DNA of 63,491 nt, counting the filler, from Choristocarpus tenellus KU-1152 (taxonomy: Eukaryota > Protista > Phaeophyceae): the NCBI GenBank assembly GCA_964200185.2. It is 6 parts of 6 records of this genome, joined end to end, with 100 filler letters (N's around TTAATTAATTAA, not from the genome) between each part and the next. Parts side by side here need not be neighbours in the genome. Positions count along the whole stretch, not along the records: positions 50,443 to 57,752 come from CAXNAD020006359.1; positions 57,853 to 63,491 come from CAXNAD020010169.1; 4 more parts are not named here. One strand, written 5' to 3'. The position numbers and the translations under genes are program-made. Under the pieces are notes generated by a model. The model ran no database searches. It was not told the DNA's origin and saw nothing but the letters and a program-made list of their open reading frames with translations. Shown one piece after another: positions 51,830 to 63,491 of this stretch. The stretch's first letter is position 1, and every line of letters begins with the position of its first letter.

Positions 51830-53859
51830 GTTTGCACGGTCTGGATCAAATTTTGTAGACTCTATAGTTGAAACTGTATATGGCGACCGAGTTTGCACTT
51901 TCTAAGCCATTTTTTTTTTATTCTGGAGTTAGAACTGTCAGGGTAACCCTAAGTCAAGAAAGCTTCATAGAAACGTTCTCCCTGCTGTGAACTATGCAAC
52001 TTTGTCAAGTCTATGTCCTCCTCTTAGTAAAGAACCAGCTTTGCTTCAATATTTCGGTTCTCATTTTATTTAAGTACTTGCCACGGCCTTTACAACAGCA
52101 TGTTGAAGCAGTAGTAAAGGCCTGAGCTACCGAGCAGATAATTAGCTGACTATCTCCTCGGTTGACACAGGGGTTTAGTAACATTGTAACTAACGCTACT
52201 GTCATGAGATCGACTCCCAGCATGGTTACATGGTTACACAGCCATCAAAAAGCTAAATACGCCACCAGGTTACACAACCTAACATTAGTAAATACCCCAC
52301 CGAAGCTGGTCATTGATTAGAGGGATAGCAACCCTCGGGCGAAACCTCCACAAGTCTAACAACTTGCGATCCCCGGGAGTAGGTTTTGTTGAAACACTAG
52401 TAAACCCCTGAGCTACCGAGCAGTGGCCAATGTCCTCATCGCACCATATTGGTGAACGCCAGAATCCTTGCCATGTTTTCCCTTCATTGTTATGGGGTGC
52501 TTTGATGATCACAGGGTAACACCGTTTAGGAATCTATACTTTACTAACACTATCTCCGACTACCCTCCGTCAAACACAAACACATTCGAAACTTGCCCTA
52601 ACCTTTAGACCAAAGGAGGGTACACTTCCGTCTTGGTTTTAATGATCGAAGACTGTTCCACTGGTTTCATGCTAATATTTCTCATAAACATTCACACTTT
52701 GATCAAGCTTGTATCGCTGTTGCGTCGTAGCTCTGGAACACCTATCCTTTGGGCCAAATTGTCACATCCTTACATGCCTGTAAGTTTTATGTACATCCAA
52801 AATTAGGCGTGCGTCTGTCAACAGGTTATTTCCCTCATGGTTTCACAATTTTTGCATAATGGGTTTCACCGTAGTGTCATCGGTCAAGGAATCGGTCACA
52901 TTATGCCAAAACCAAAGTAATTAATGATTTAATGACACTAAACGATGATTTAAGTGACACTAAACAATGACTCTCTATTTTCCATACTTCCCAAGCCCAC
53001 AGACATGTGCATGGAACCAGGCACATGTAATGCATTGTTGATGCTACTACCCTTGTAACCAAATCGACCGAAATCCATGACATGATCCACCCCTCACCCA
53101 TATGGACAGTCATCAACCCAACCCACTAACCACATTACTAACCCCATATGGACATGCTCCAAAAAAACAACCTAGCCCTGAACAAACCTTTCCCTAACCC
53201 TTTCCACCTCCAGCATATCCCTCGCTTACCCAAACCAAACCCCCCTGAATACCAGACTATCGACCAAGGTCTACGAGAAGAAGTTCTTGATGTCATATCT
53301 GACCATATTTAAATCAATTACACAATTTGATCGCTTGAATTTAAAAGCCCAAATAAGAAATTAGAATATTCATCACCGCACATCAAAAAAACTAAATGTT
53401 TAACTCGAACTTCTCTGACTAATTCAATACCCCATTAATCATGCTTCTTCACAATGGATGTAGACAAATGTTCGCCTCACGAAGTACAACGCCCAGTTAA
53501 CCCTAATCAATGACAATTTTTTTTAATACTTCATGAGCAAAACCACGCGAACATGGGCACTTGACCATATGTCTAAACCAATCCCCAACCATTCTTTTCT
53601 TTAATTCAAGTTCAAATTCAAAAATCCTCAAAGCATTGACAGCATATTTCGCTGGACTTACCCTAACACGACTATGACTAAGTGCAATCCACAGAAGTAT
53701 CTACGAAATACACCTTCAATCCTCCGCGTATAAACAAGTTACCAAAAACTCGCGATATGGTCAAATGGACCCCAAATGGACACCCGCCCCCGCCCCCCCA
53801 GATACTTTGGCCCTAATTGTATGCCAAAAGTACTTGCTCCTACTTGTAGGAATATTCCA

Positions 53860-55522
53860 GAAAAACAATGTCAAGTACTGTAACCCCACGTCAAGCATAC
53901 GAAATACATCCAGATCGTCTTGATGAATTAGATATTATTCAGAGTGGCCGGGAACGTTTCAATAGTTCAGTGAACATGTTTCCAACTTTGGACCACACCA
54001 AAATTCGTACAGCACAAATGAACCAATTTTCTCTTTATTTTGCGTATTTAGAAGCCCCCAATTCAGTGTCTTTACCTCCCCGTGAATCGAGGTATAGCAC
54101 GTCATATTTTTATGTTGATGCTGGCACTAACTTGCTTTGCCGATCATATTTTCCAGGGCATACACGCAAACACCGTGCTTTTGTACTCAATTAGTGGTTC
54201 CAAAAGAATTGCGATCTCTGGTTTTACATGCTTCACTTCTGTCTTTCTCATACCCTTGACAGGGTAGGAGACCGATATTGGTGGCCCATGTTTCAAAAAG
54301 ATTTTAGAGAATGGTGTGAGAGATATCAACTTTGCCGAAGACGGAAAACTTCTCACAGACGTCCTACATTGCCTCAAGGACAAATTCCTGCCACTCGACC
54401 ATTCGAACGGATTGCTGTTGATCTTGTACAATATAGAACAATTTCCATTGGTTGCCGTTACGTTCTTTCGGTTATTTTTCAGTTGACACACTTTGCTTTT
54501 CTCATTCCCATTCCAGACAAACAAGAAGTGACCATTGCTAAAGCTTTGCTTGGGGCACCCGACAATACCTTCAATAATATAAGGACCAATGGTTACCGTG
54601 GATTCTAAATCGTCAAGATCCGGTAAGGGCAAAGAAAGGTCAAGAAAAAATTCATTTAGTTTCATAAAATCAGGTTCAGGTGGTTGTGTGTTCGGAATGC
54701 AGGGTTTCAAAATGGGCTAAGTGAACAGAAATATCTTTGGTGTCACCTTGTTTGCGGGCACAGTAAACTACAGGGGAAATCTCGGTAGTCACAGTGAAAG
54801 GTCCACGCCAGGGGTGAATCACTTTTTGATTAGGTCCGTCACAGTCAGTATATGGACGATGGACCAAAACTTGAGCTCCAACTTGAAACATGGGGAAAAC
54901 AAGAAGAGTTCATTGCTAGCAATTTTTTAGTATTCCGTTCTCCCAGATTGCGACGGGCTAATTCATTAGCTAACTGTAAATTCTCAGCTATTGATTGACT
55001 AAACTAGATTGATGTACTTTTCTTTTAGATAGACAAAAATGACACAGTAAAATTGGTCAGCGTCCAAAAAGCAGGAAAAAGGGTGTTTCTTGTAATGTGG
55101 TATTGTATGCCATATTGTGAGCCAATTGAAGGAATGGAATAACAGTCGCCCAATTATTCTCTGCTATGCTAGTGTGCATGGATAGTATTTGATGCAGAGA
55201 AGAATGAACACGCTCTAAAATAGAGTTGCCCTGTGGTCTGTAGGGTATGGTATGGGTTTATGGTACCCAAACACTGTCTGCAATTCCAGGACAAGTTTAT
55301 TTTCAAATTCTGGGACGAAAGTTTGGCCGTGGACCTCATTCACCTGTGAAAATAGAATATAGATTACACCTCAAAGGTTACGACCGTGCTTCTGATGTAT
55401 TCTATCGTCCACGTGATTTGCCACAATGTACAGAGATGATTGCTGCATATCGGCAACAACAATGTCTCGATACACCTAATTCCAACATAAAACCTTCGGT
55501 TAATGTCAACTCTGATCCATGA
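53860..55522 (+). mobile_element. Decayed Ty3/Gypsy (chromovirus-type) integrase and chromodomain; ~54551-55317 is inverted
   Basis: Plus strand: RYWWP...CERYQLCRRRK...RPFERIAVDLV...YVLSVI...FAFLIPIPDK. Minus strand: PEFENKLV, PQGNSILERVH, WATVIPFLQLAHN...ETPFFLLFGR, FQVGAQVLV...WRGPFTV and YIIEGIVG. Plus strand resumes with EYRLHLKGY...DLPQCTEMIAAYR (chromodomain). Confidence 0.9.
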
Positions 55523-57242
55523 AAAGATTTCCATACTTGATTGAACTTTATACTGGAGGTCATATATTATAAAATATATTGGTTTTGCGAATTATATTTG
55601 TGTTTCTGTCAATGATTTGTGGTTGTGTTGTTCAATATATATATTGATATATATATTTTACAAGGATGGTTGCTTGGACAATATCAACTTACTCTAAGGT
55701 GATTTTTTTTTTGTACATGTGCAACCATGAATGAACGGAGAAGATCAGAGTTCATTTTTCCAAATGACTCTTGCGCACTTGTTTTATTTTATTTAATGTC
55801 ATTTTTATTTTTGTTCAGGAGGACAACTGTTGTGTTCAACAGTTACTTCAGTGATGGTGTATGGACAACTCCATCCTTGTGTTTGTCCACATTAAAAATT
55901 GACTTTCTTTTTCCAATTTTATTTCTAATTGATAAGAACATCGATGTGAAATGCTGTTGAATTTAATATACACAAGTATATAATGACTGGTGCTGCAGCT
56001 ATACACCTGTAATTTGATCACGATTTCTGCGCTCCCTCTGGGAGTCTCCCATGTTCTTTTTCCCCTCCTCATTGGAGATGATGGTCCATGCTTTTGCATC
56101 TCTATCTCCTTGGAGCTAACAGAATTTCATGCTAAGACTAGCTAGTCCTTGCATACCTTGCCCCTTTTCACGTTGAAGTTTTGACCAGACGTGGTCATAT
56201 CTGATACATCGAAGTCGTGATCGTTCCATTTGCCCATATATATATTTTATGTTTGATTATATTACCCCTGACCAAGGTGAAGCGGCACTAATTTGGTTAC
56301 CACCAAATCAATTTTAGTTACACGTGCTAAGTTGGGGGGCCTCACGAAAAACACTTTTTGCTTTGCATTTTTCAAAATATGCAGATACTTCTGTGTACAC
56401 AACTGTCTTGCGAGGCAGTATTTCCTTGTTGAGAAACTATTATTTTTTAGTGCTAATCTCAGTCCTTCTCTACGCCTTTGAAACATGTGTTGTTTTGATA
56501 CCTGCATCAAACCACATCGGGGGGGGGAGTGATGTGAGAGCCATCTTCCACAGAACTGAAGGTAACCTATCTTGAAGAATCTGATATTCATATGACATTT
56601 ATTTTGGAATGTTGAAGGCAACATCTGCTTGAAGTAAGATCACGTGGTTTGAGGGGACCTTGCCACATCCCCCTTATTCAGTTACAACTTGTTCACTCCT
56701 CTCCCGAGTGATCTTCTGAGGGATTGCTCTCCTTCTTGTCTCTCCTTTTCCTTGCCTCCTGTGGGTCTTCCCACTCCCCTTCAATAAAAAGAACATGTCG
56801 GCTTGTTTCCATCGATTTCACTTGTCCAGACAATGCTGTTGATTATTAGGTGGTACCAGTAGCTTCGCCCTCTGTGGCAATCGTGTTTTTTTCACCGGAA
56901 CGCCACAACAGCTATACAACAATATATACATCTAATGAAAGGGTATTATAAGAGATTTAGAAGGTTTGTATCCAGGCTTTGGAGAACGAGAGCTACATCC
57001 CGAACAAAATAATGGAAAAAACGGGGGGGAACATCTCGGCGCAATTTTGATGGTCACGACTTCAATACGGACAAAAATGAAGTGCTTGGCCGAACCCCTT
57101 GCAAAAAACTGATCCAGACACGTCGCTGCCCAAGTTTGGTTGGTGTGTTGATACCCCCCAAAAAACTAGAGATTTCCGGACATCTTTTACGCCTTTTTGC
57201 AGACCTTTTGTAAGCACACACATTCATGACTTACACAGCAAC

Positions 57243-57336
57243 ATGAGCCACAACGATGAGACAAGGAGAGCCGCCGAGGTCACCCTGCCCCCTGGATCTA
57301 CCCTCGGCAACTTCTCTGTCGAGAGGCGACGGAAAG
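57243..57336 (+). CDS. Probable first exon of a gene that runs off the contig
   Basis: ATG-initiated MSHNDETRRAAEVTLPPGSTLGNFSVERRRK ends at a perfect AAG|GTAAGT donor. Confidence 0.4.
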
Positions 57337-57513
57337 GTAAGTACCATGTGACACACAGTGCGATGATAGGTGACGAGAAAGTGCGACTAGTGTGGCGCAG
57401 CAGCGTAACCAAATCGCGAAATGGATCATTGGGCCACGATGCTGACGCTGAGAGAAGATGCATGGAAAGCATTACCACACACACGTGGTTGGATCTTCAA
57501 CCACATTGAAGCA

Positions 57514-57752
57514 GAGTGAAAGTATCTTAGAGGGTACGAGTTTTGCCCTGTTTGTCCATTTGGGGCTTGGCTTCCCATGGGTCCTTTTATGACGTTTTCA
57601 TACTCCAAAATGTTTTGGAGTAGGTAAAACATATATGTTATGGAAAGGTGTGTCCGAAACATAGATACTGGCACTTCCTAACAAACACCATAGCCAAAAT
57701 TACATTAAAATATCAACATTGGATTTTGACCCCCAAATGGGCGCGGCGTTAC
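57514..57752 (+). mobile_element. MITE family copy cut by the contig end
   Basis: Starts GAGTGAAAGTATCTTAGAGGGTACGAG and is colinear with the 43033 copy. Confidence 0.9.
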
Positions 57753-57852
57753 NNNNNNNNNNNNNNNNNNNNNNNNNNNNNNNNNNNNNNNNNNNNTTAA
57801 TTAATTAANNNNNNNNNNNNNNNNNNNNNNNNNNNNNNNNNNNNNNNNNNNN
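57753..57852. other. Artificial contig spacer
   Basis: N44-TTAATTAATTAA-N44. Confidence 0.98.
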
Positions 57853-58981
57853 GGGAGTGTGGGGGCAAGGGGGGCGAAGACAGTTCAAGACGCCGTACAG
57901 AGAACGGACTAAGGAATAAAACAAAAAAGTGGCAGCAGCGGTAAGTGGACAGTTACGTCGGCTGCCTGTGTTGCACCGTGCCTATCTCCTACGTACCAAG
58001 GCTGCTGTGGAGTAAGGCATGAAAGGCCACACACTTTGGGTGGGGTACACCTTAGCCCCCACAGTGTTCGCATAGCTATCCAAAGTTCCACCCCTAACCC
58101 CTCCGGAAAGGTTCGTAAGCTGGGAAAGGCGGTGTTGGAGATGCCGCTGTATTGTGTATGCGTGTAAGAAGCAGGCCATTGTCACATAGCCACAAAAAAA
58201 AACCCTGTGGACACTGCGGCTGGGGAACGGAGTGGAGCGGAGGGCTAACCTTTACCCCAACCCTGACATTACTGATTGATTTGCAATTTCACAGAAATAT
58301 TTGTACTAATACACCCTTCCTCCCCCCCCTCACCCTTCAATCAGAAGGATACTGAGGGAAATGGCCACTCATGCTTTGGCGGGTCGCAACACATATTAAA
58401 ACACTTCGAAGGGTCATTATAAATTTGGTTCCCAAGAGTTCACTGCACTACATTACTTGTGCAGTAAGCACACCAGAATCCTCTGAGACAAGGGCTGTAA
58501 AAGTACCTAATCAGTTGAGAGTGCTGCAAAAACCTTCGGATTGTACAATAAATTAATATCCATATATATATATATATATATGCCACACACATTAAGGTAT
58601 ATATAATCATTGTGTGCCCCACTGAAAATTTAGTTGGGGTGCCTTGTGCTCATGCACTGTGTGCAAACTTCAATTCTTGCGGGAACTTTGAAGTCTTTTC
58701 AGACAATCTATTTACATTTGCACAAATCCCCTACCATTCCCAACCCTTCCTCCCCTGCCTCTCTCACACTAACTATACATTTCAAGAAAATTTCTCGTCA
58801 GTGATCCACAGGAGTCACACCACAACCCCCCCCCAACAGAATCCATGTTCTGGTCATGCTATGATGATGAAAAAATAGTCCAAATTTCTCGCTTCATTAC
58901 CTAATTTAAGGACTCAGCGATGCTATCTCTCTCTATCCATCCTCTAGTCCCTTCTCCTGCCCTTCCCTGAAAACATCTCAC

Positions 58982-60476
58982 CGAAAGAATGGCGGCCAAA
59001 CTTTGATTGCAGTGGAGGTATGTGTCGTTCTCCAAGAAGTGATCCTCACAGCCATATCCGCAGAGCTCTAGCTCGGGGCCTAATCGGTACCTGTTGATTA
59101 CAAATACACCATGGGAATTACAAAACCCCCCTGAGAGGTATGATCGCCAACACTCTCTGCAGGGATTTAGAATGGACGGTGCTTGCTGTAACAGGGTACA
59201 GTTTCGCCTGCCTTGACAGTTTGCCTACAGTAGAGAGACCGACTTGATCTAAAGAGTTGCCCTGGAAAGGCTTCCTTGACAGCAAGGGTTCCATTGGCCC
59301 ATGCCTGCATCCATGGAGTGATACATTGGGAATTGTAGGACCTAAAACTGCCGACATGCATGATACCAAAAAGTTGCGGCACTTTGATTGGATTACATCG
59401 ACACTCATAGATTATTGTTCTGCGAGGGTCAACGAATGTCCTTTGTGATTTTGTCTTACACACACCCCTCCTCGACTTTTTATTGCAGGCTTGAGGAAAA
59501 TGAGGACTGATGGGATCCCCACTGGTTCCCTTAAATCTGTATCTTGCAGCGATGCCCCTTTTCTCACATCTTGTAGCACGTGGGGCTGGGTGTCTCATTT
59601 TCTAGTGAGACAGAGGTCCCTCTACAGTTGTCGTTTCCTTGTGCATCAAAGCTTCACCGCACTGACCACGATGCTGCACACATTACTAATAAGAAAAATA
59701 AAATAAAATGTATAAACGGAAATATTCACGAGGTGGATCAAGACTACGCATTGCCGAGTCTCTCTGGTGTGCACGTGAGGGACGTAAACTATATAGCCGT
59801 GTACTCAAAGAAAACCAAGCTCCGCTAGTGAGTGTTCTATGGAACATACTGCTAGTGCTTACACAAGAGTTAGCGTGCTGTCTTGCATACTTACGCATCC
59901 CCCTACTCTACTATGGAACATTGTAACTCTACCTGCGACTGAGGCATCACGTTGCATAAGAAAGTTGGAACCGTCTTGAACGACTTGCCTGGCCCCCATA
60001 TCTTTTGCGATCTGAATTGAGTGTAGAACTCTTTCCAGATTCCCCTGGAACTCCATTGCCCATTGATTGAGATTACATGTCGCCACCTGCCATGCAAAAA
60101 GAGGAGAGAAGCGATAGTAGGTGTGGATTCGTCGCCCGCACTGTCAATGGACCAATACCCTCACCATCTACTACATTCACAACCCCTTCTAACTACATAA
60201 TTATATCTGTGCTCTCGACGAAGCTCACACAAGGTGCAACAGGACTGTATATTGTGAGTGCATCGGTTACAGTCAGCTGTAGGATCCATCTAAATTGAAC
60301 TGTTGCTCATGAGAGAAGGGGAAAAACTTAAATTTCAAACTCCAATTTGTCAACTACAACAGCAATCCAATCCAATTGATTTCAAAGCTCATTAAGCTCT
60401 CACCATATCCAAACAAACCCCCAACCCCTTTCCTCACCGTCACCAGAGGCGTCCTGTCGACGAAAGTCGGCTCCAT
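58982..60476 (-). CDS. NADSYN1: Glutamine-dependent NAD+ synthetase, 5' exons 60476-60438, 60086-59989, 59090-58982; remainder not found in the contig
   Basis: [69 protein letters not shown] matches the eukaryotic NADSYN1/QNS1 N-terminal nitrilase-like domain. Confidence 0.93.
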
Positions 60477-61038
60477 CCCTCTGAAGTAATTCTCCTTGCG
60501 TTCAACGCTCTTGATACTACAAACGAGTTTCGTACGAACTACATTCCCTCATGCACACGCTCTGTAGCAGTTCATAGTAGTGCTTATTGGCATCCATCCG
60601 TCCGACCGTCTTTTGAAGCCTCACCGCAATGCAAGCAAGATACAAAAACAGTTAGTAGTGGAGGTTGTGCCTAGCCCAGACAAGAAGTGACCCCGTGATC
60701 AAAGGGGAAAGGTTTGTGGGAGAAAAGCATCAAGAAGGTGTTGGTTTGGATTAACCTTGTCAACACCTGGGCAAGAGAGGGCCTACAACTTGTATCGGGG
60801 GCTTTCAACAAGGCTTACTCTGAAGCAACTCTTTGCTGCAACTTGTTTGTCCTGCAACTTGTACCTCAACTTTACGGTGACTAACTTCCTACAATACTTT
60901 CTTGAGGAAATCTGGTCAGCTACATTATAGTAGGACGGGGATTTCCTGTTTCCTATCGAACTCTCACTGCCTGGCAAGCAGCACGGGCTTTTTGAGAGTT
61001 CGAGCTCTTCACGCGTCCACCTTACTGGGCGGAAGGTC

Positions 61039-63279
61039 ATGGACATCGAAGCGAAGGAGCCGCAGCGGAGGGAGCTGTATTCGGTGAGGAGGGAATTTAA
61101 GTGTATGGGGAGCTTTGTTTGTACTGTCACCGTATTTAGTCACAGACTCTACTGGGTTGTCGTGGAATCAGCAGGTGATTGTTAATGGGCTGATAATAGG
61201 AACATAGTTCTCCAACCTGTTCGACCTTTTTCCCTCTCACCTCCGACTGTTTTAGCCTCACGTAAAATCAGATATTGATCCACTGTAATCTCAACATCTG
61301 TGATGTACAGCGAGGACACAACCTTAGACGTAGAATCTCTTGCCCGACATCGGTTGTTGCCCCGCAATGTGAGACCATCGTCAACATTCATTTTGCTCAC
61401 CTGAACTCTCGCCTAGTCCCTCCCACGCCCTACCTTTCAATTTTCCGATCTCTCTCGGGCTCGATGAGATCGTCGCACGCCTTAACCCTTCGAACGACGA
61501 AACGATACTATGTACTTTGTCTTTCCACATCAGACACAATCGGCGAACTACACCCAACTTGAAACTGTTGGGTCCAGATCTCCTCCTAGCCTCAAAACTG
61601 TTCGTAAAATTGTCTATACACCTGCCATAGCCCATGCACAATAATTAAATTCCTTAGAAACTTGCCGCCAAAGCTGAAGTTGGAGCTACACCAAGGAGGT
61701 TTCAAAACCGAAGGTTCACTTCGAAGGACGAACGCCAATTCGGAGTCCCAAGGCGAAGTCCATTCCAACCTAAGAATGACAAAGGCTGTGGAAGGAGCTG
61801 CATGAACTACCTATAAGACTGCAGCCCCTCCACCAGACCTATAATGAAACACACTGGTAGAGCTATCGACAGAGAGTGACAAATGATAAGTACATATTTC
61901 TCCATCCCCTTTCAAAATGCTGACTCTCCCCCCAAATGATTGTTGGCCTTTTGTTCCTGTGTCTTGTGGCGGAGGGGGGTTGGTGTACAGTTCGGCCAGA
62001 ATTCGTATGGGGAGCTTGGGCATGGCGATATGGTGGAGCGCCATATACCCACAGTAGTGCCTTTCTCATGGGGGAAGGACATTGTGCAAGTGGCGGCAGG
62101 CAATGAGCACACGGCGGTTCTCACTGCATCTGGCGAGGTGTGCATGTAAAAAATTCCCCTTCGATGAATCCATTGTTCTGGATATGCTCGTGTATCTTTT
62201 TATTGTGTCGCAGTAAGATGTGTGTAGGATTTTTTTTTTTTGGTGTGTGTGCAAGGCTAAAGGTAATATTGCATGATGGGGTTCCCTCTCAGTGGTGTGC
62301 TACGGCATGGCATGGCTTTTGCTCAAGAAGTAACCCCAACCCGAAGAGCGGAGTTGGCGTTGGTGTTACACCTACGCTTGATGCTTCGGGGGAGGAGCTT
62401 GGAGTTGTGAAGAGATGAAAGGCGTGTTCAGTGCGATGGACCTTGTGTTTTTGATCCGAGGAACTGAAGAGAGTAAACTCTTCTATCAAGAGAGTAGATG
62501 TCTGGGGAAGGAGGGGGTCTTGAAGCACTTGCTCTGCATTGCGCAGTTGTACGCGCCACAATGATCTTCAACATTGCATTCTAAACATTGACTTTATGTT
62601 GAGCAGTGTGAGTGTGCTGTGTGCTAGTGGCAGAGTTCATTTTCGGAGAGATATGATCAACTATGATGAAGAGGGTTCTTCGGTGAACCTCTGCTTGCTT
62701 ATAAGACCAAATGCGATTACTCCTAGTAACCATTTTATTGACCAATGCATCGACCCGCTCACACACCACTCATTCAGTCAGTTTCCCACGTGTTGGTAGA
62801 TTCCAGTGAACTATAGGACCATTTGGGGGGGGGGGTTGAATAACCAGATCAATCTGGGAAATCCCATGTTTTCGCTGGCTAAAATACGGTGGGTTTCAGG
62901 ACGATCCAACAGCATGAAGTACGTTGCTGACTGTGTAAGGTATGCTCAGGTTGTATCTGCCACGATGAACAGTTAGAGTATACCTTATACCAAGGTCTTT
63001 GTACCCTCCTCGTGTCACTGGTAGATTCTTCCTCGTGAGAAATTTATAGTTTGTTCACTAGCTACAATTACTGTGAAATATGTGTGTGTTGACTCTGTCC
63101 CCATCGAATTGACCACTTCAACTCCACTCTCTGACCATGGCCACGATAACAACCATCCTCCTCGTGACTTCATGGACGTGCTGCTGTTTAACTGTCAAAT
63201 TAAGGTACACTGCTGTGGCTACAACGCCTCAGGACAGTGCGGGGTGGGGGGAAAGGGACCTGTGCCGGTGATGACGAAG
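61039..63279 (+). CDS. RCC1-repeat protein, 5' exons 61039-61083, 61991-62137, 63205-63279; incomplete
   Basis: ELYS/FGQNSYGELGHGD...IVQVAAGNEHTAVLTASGE/VHCCGYNASGQCG are canonical RCC1 repeats joined in phase 0. Confidence 0.9.
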
Positions 63280-63328
63280 GCAAGACAAGCGGAAAGGAGA
63301 AAAAAAAAGAGAAAAAAAAGAAAAAGCG

Positions 63329-63436
63329 TACTACTACTACTACTACTATTATTATTATTATTATTATTATTTATTTATTTTTATTTTATTTCTATTTACG
63401 ACATAGAACTATTACATTCGTTGGTGTGTGTGTGTT

Positions 63437-63491
<55 letters not shown>
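63329..63491. repeat. Compound microsatellites: (TAC)n, (TAT)n and terminal (GT)n
   Basis: Direct reading; the window ends inside the GT run. Confidence 0.95.

Noticed and set aside
15475-57852. Recurring TTAATTAATTAA motif flanked by Ns (five times)
   Set aside because: Identical 100-bp artificial spacer with six-frame stops; not biological, and genes on either side are not neighbours.

Overview
This is eukaryotic, intron-rich nuclear DNA, not prokaryotic. It is six separate contigs joined by artificial 100-bp spacers (N44-TTAATTAATTAA-N44), so adjacency across spacers carries no meaning. Gene content, intron style and transposon types fit a photosynthetic stramenopile, probably a brown alga or close relative; this is inference, not a search result. 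Spliced genes rebuilt by hand: a bacterial-type tRNA m1A22 methyltransferase (TrmK), a small single-pass membrane protein, a signal-peptide protein, a PHO84-like MFS phosphate transporter, a charged low-complexity protein, the 3' half of an arylsulfatase, a large low-complexity/TPR-like protein, the 5' part of glutamine-dependent NAD+ synthetase and an RCC1-repeat protein. Repeats: a decayed RTE-like LINE, two nested Ty1/Copia elements, a chromodomain Gypsy relic with an internal inversion, nine copies of a ~260-bp MITE with 3-bp TSDs, TTAGGG-like satellites and microsatellites. I found no convincing novel multi-gene system. The best leads are the intron-containing TrmK, CpG decay in repeats, GC-AG introns, repeated head-to-head gene pairs and a CpG-rich hairpin-rich element near 36.1 kb.
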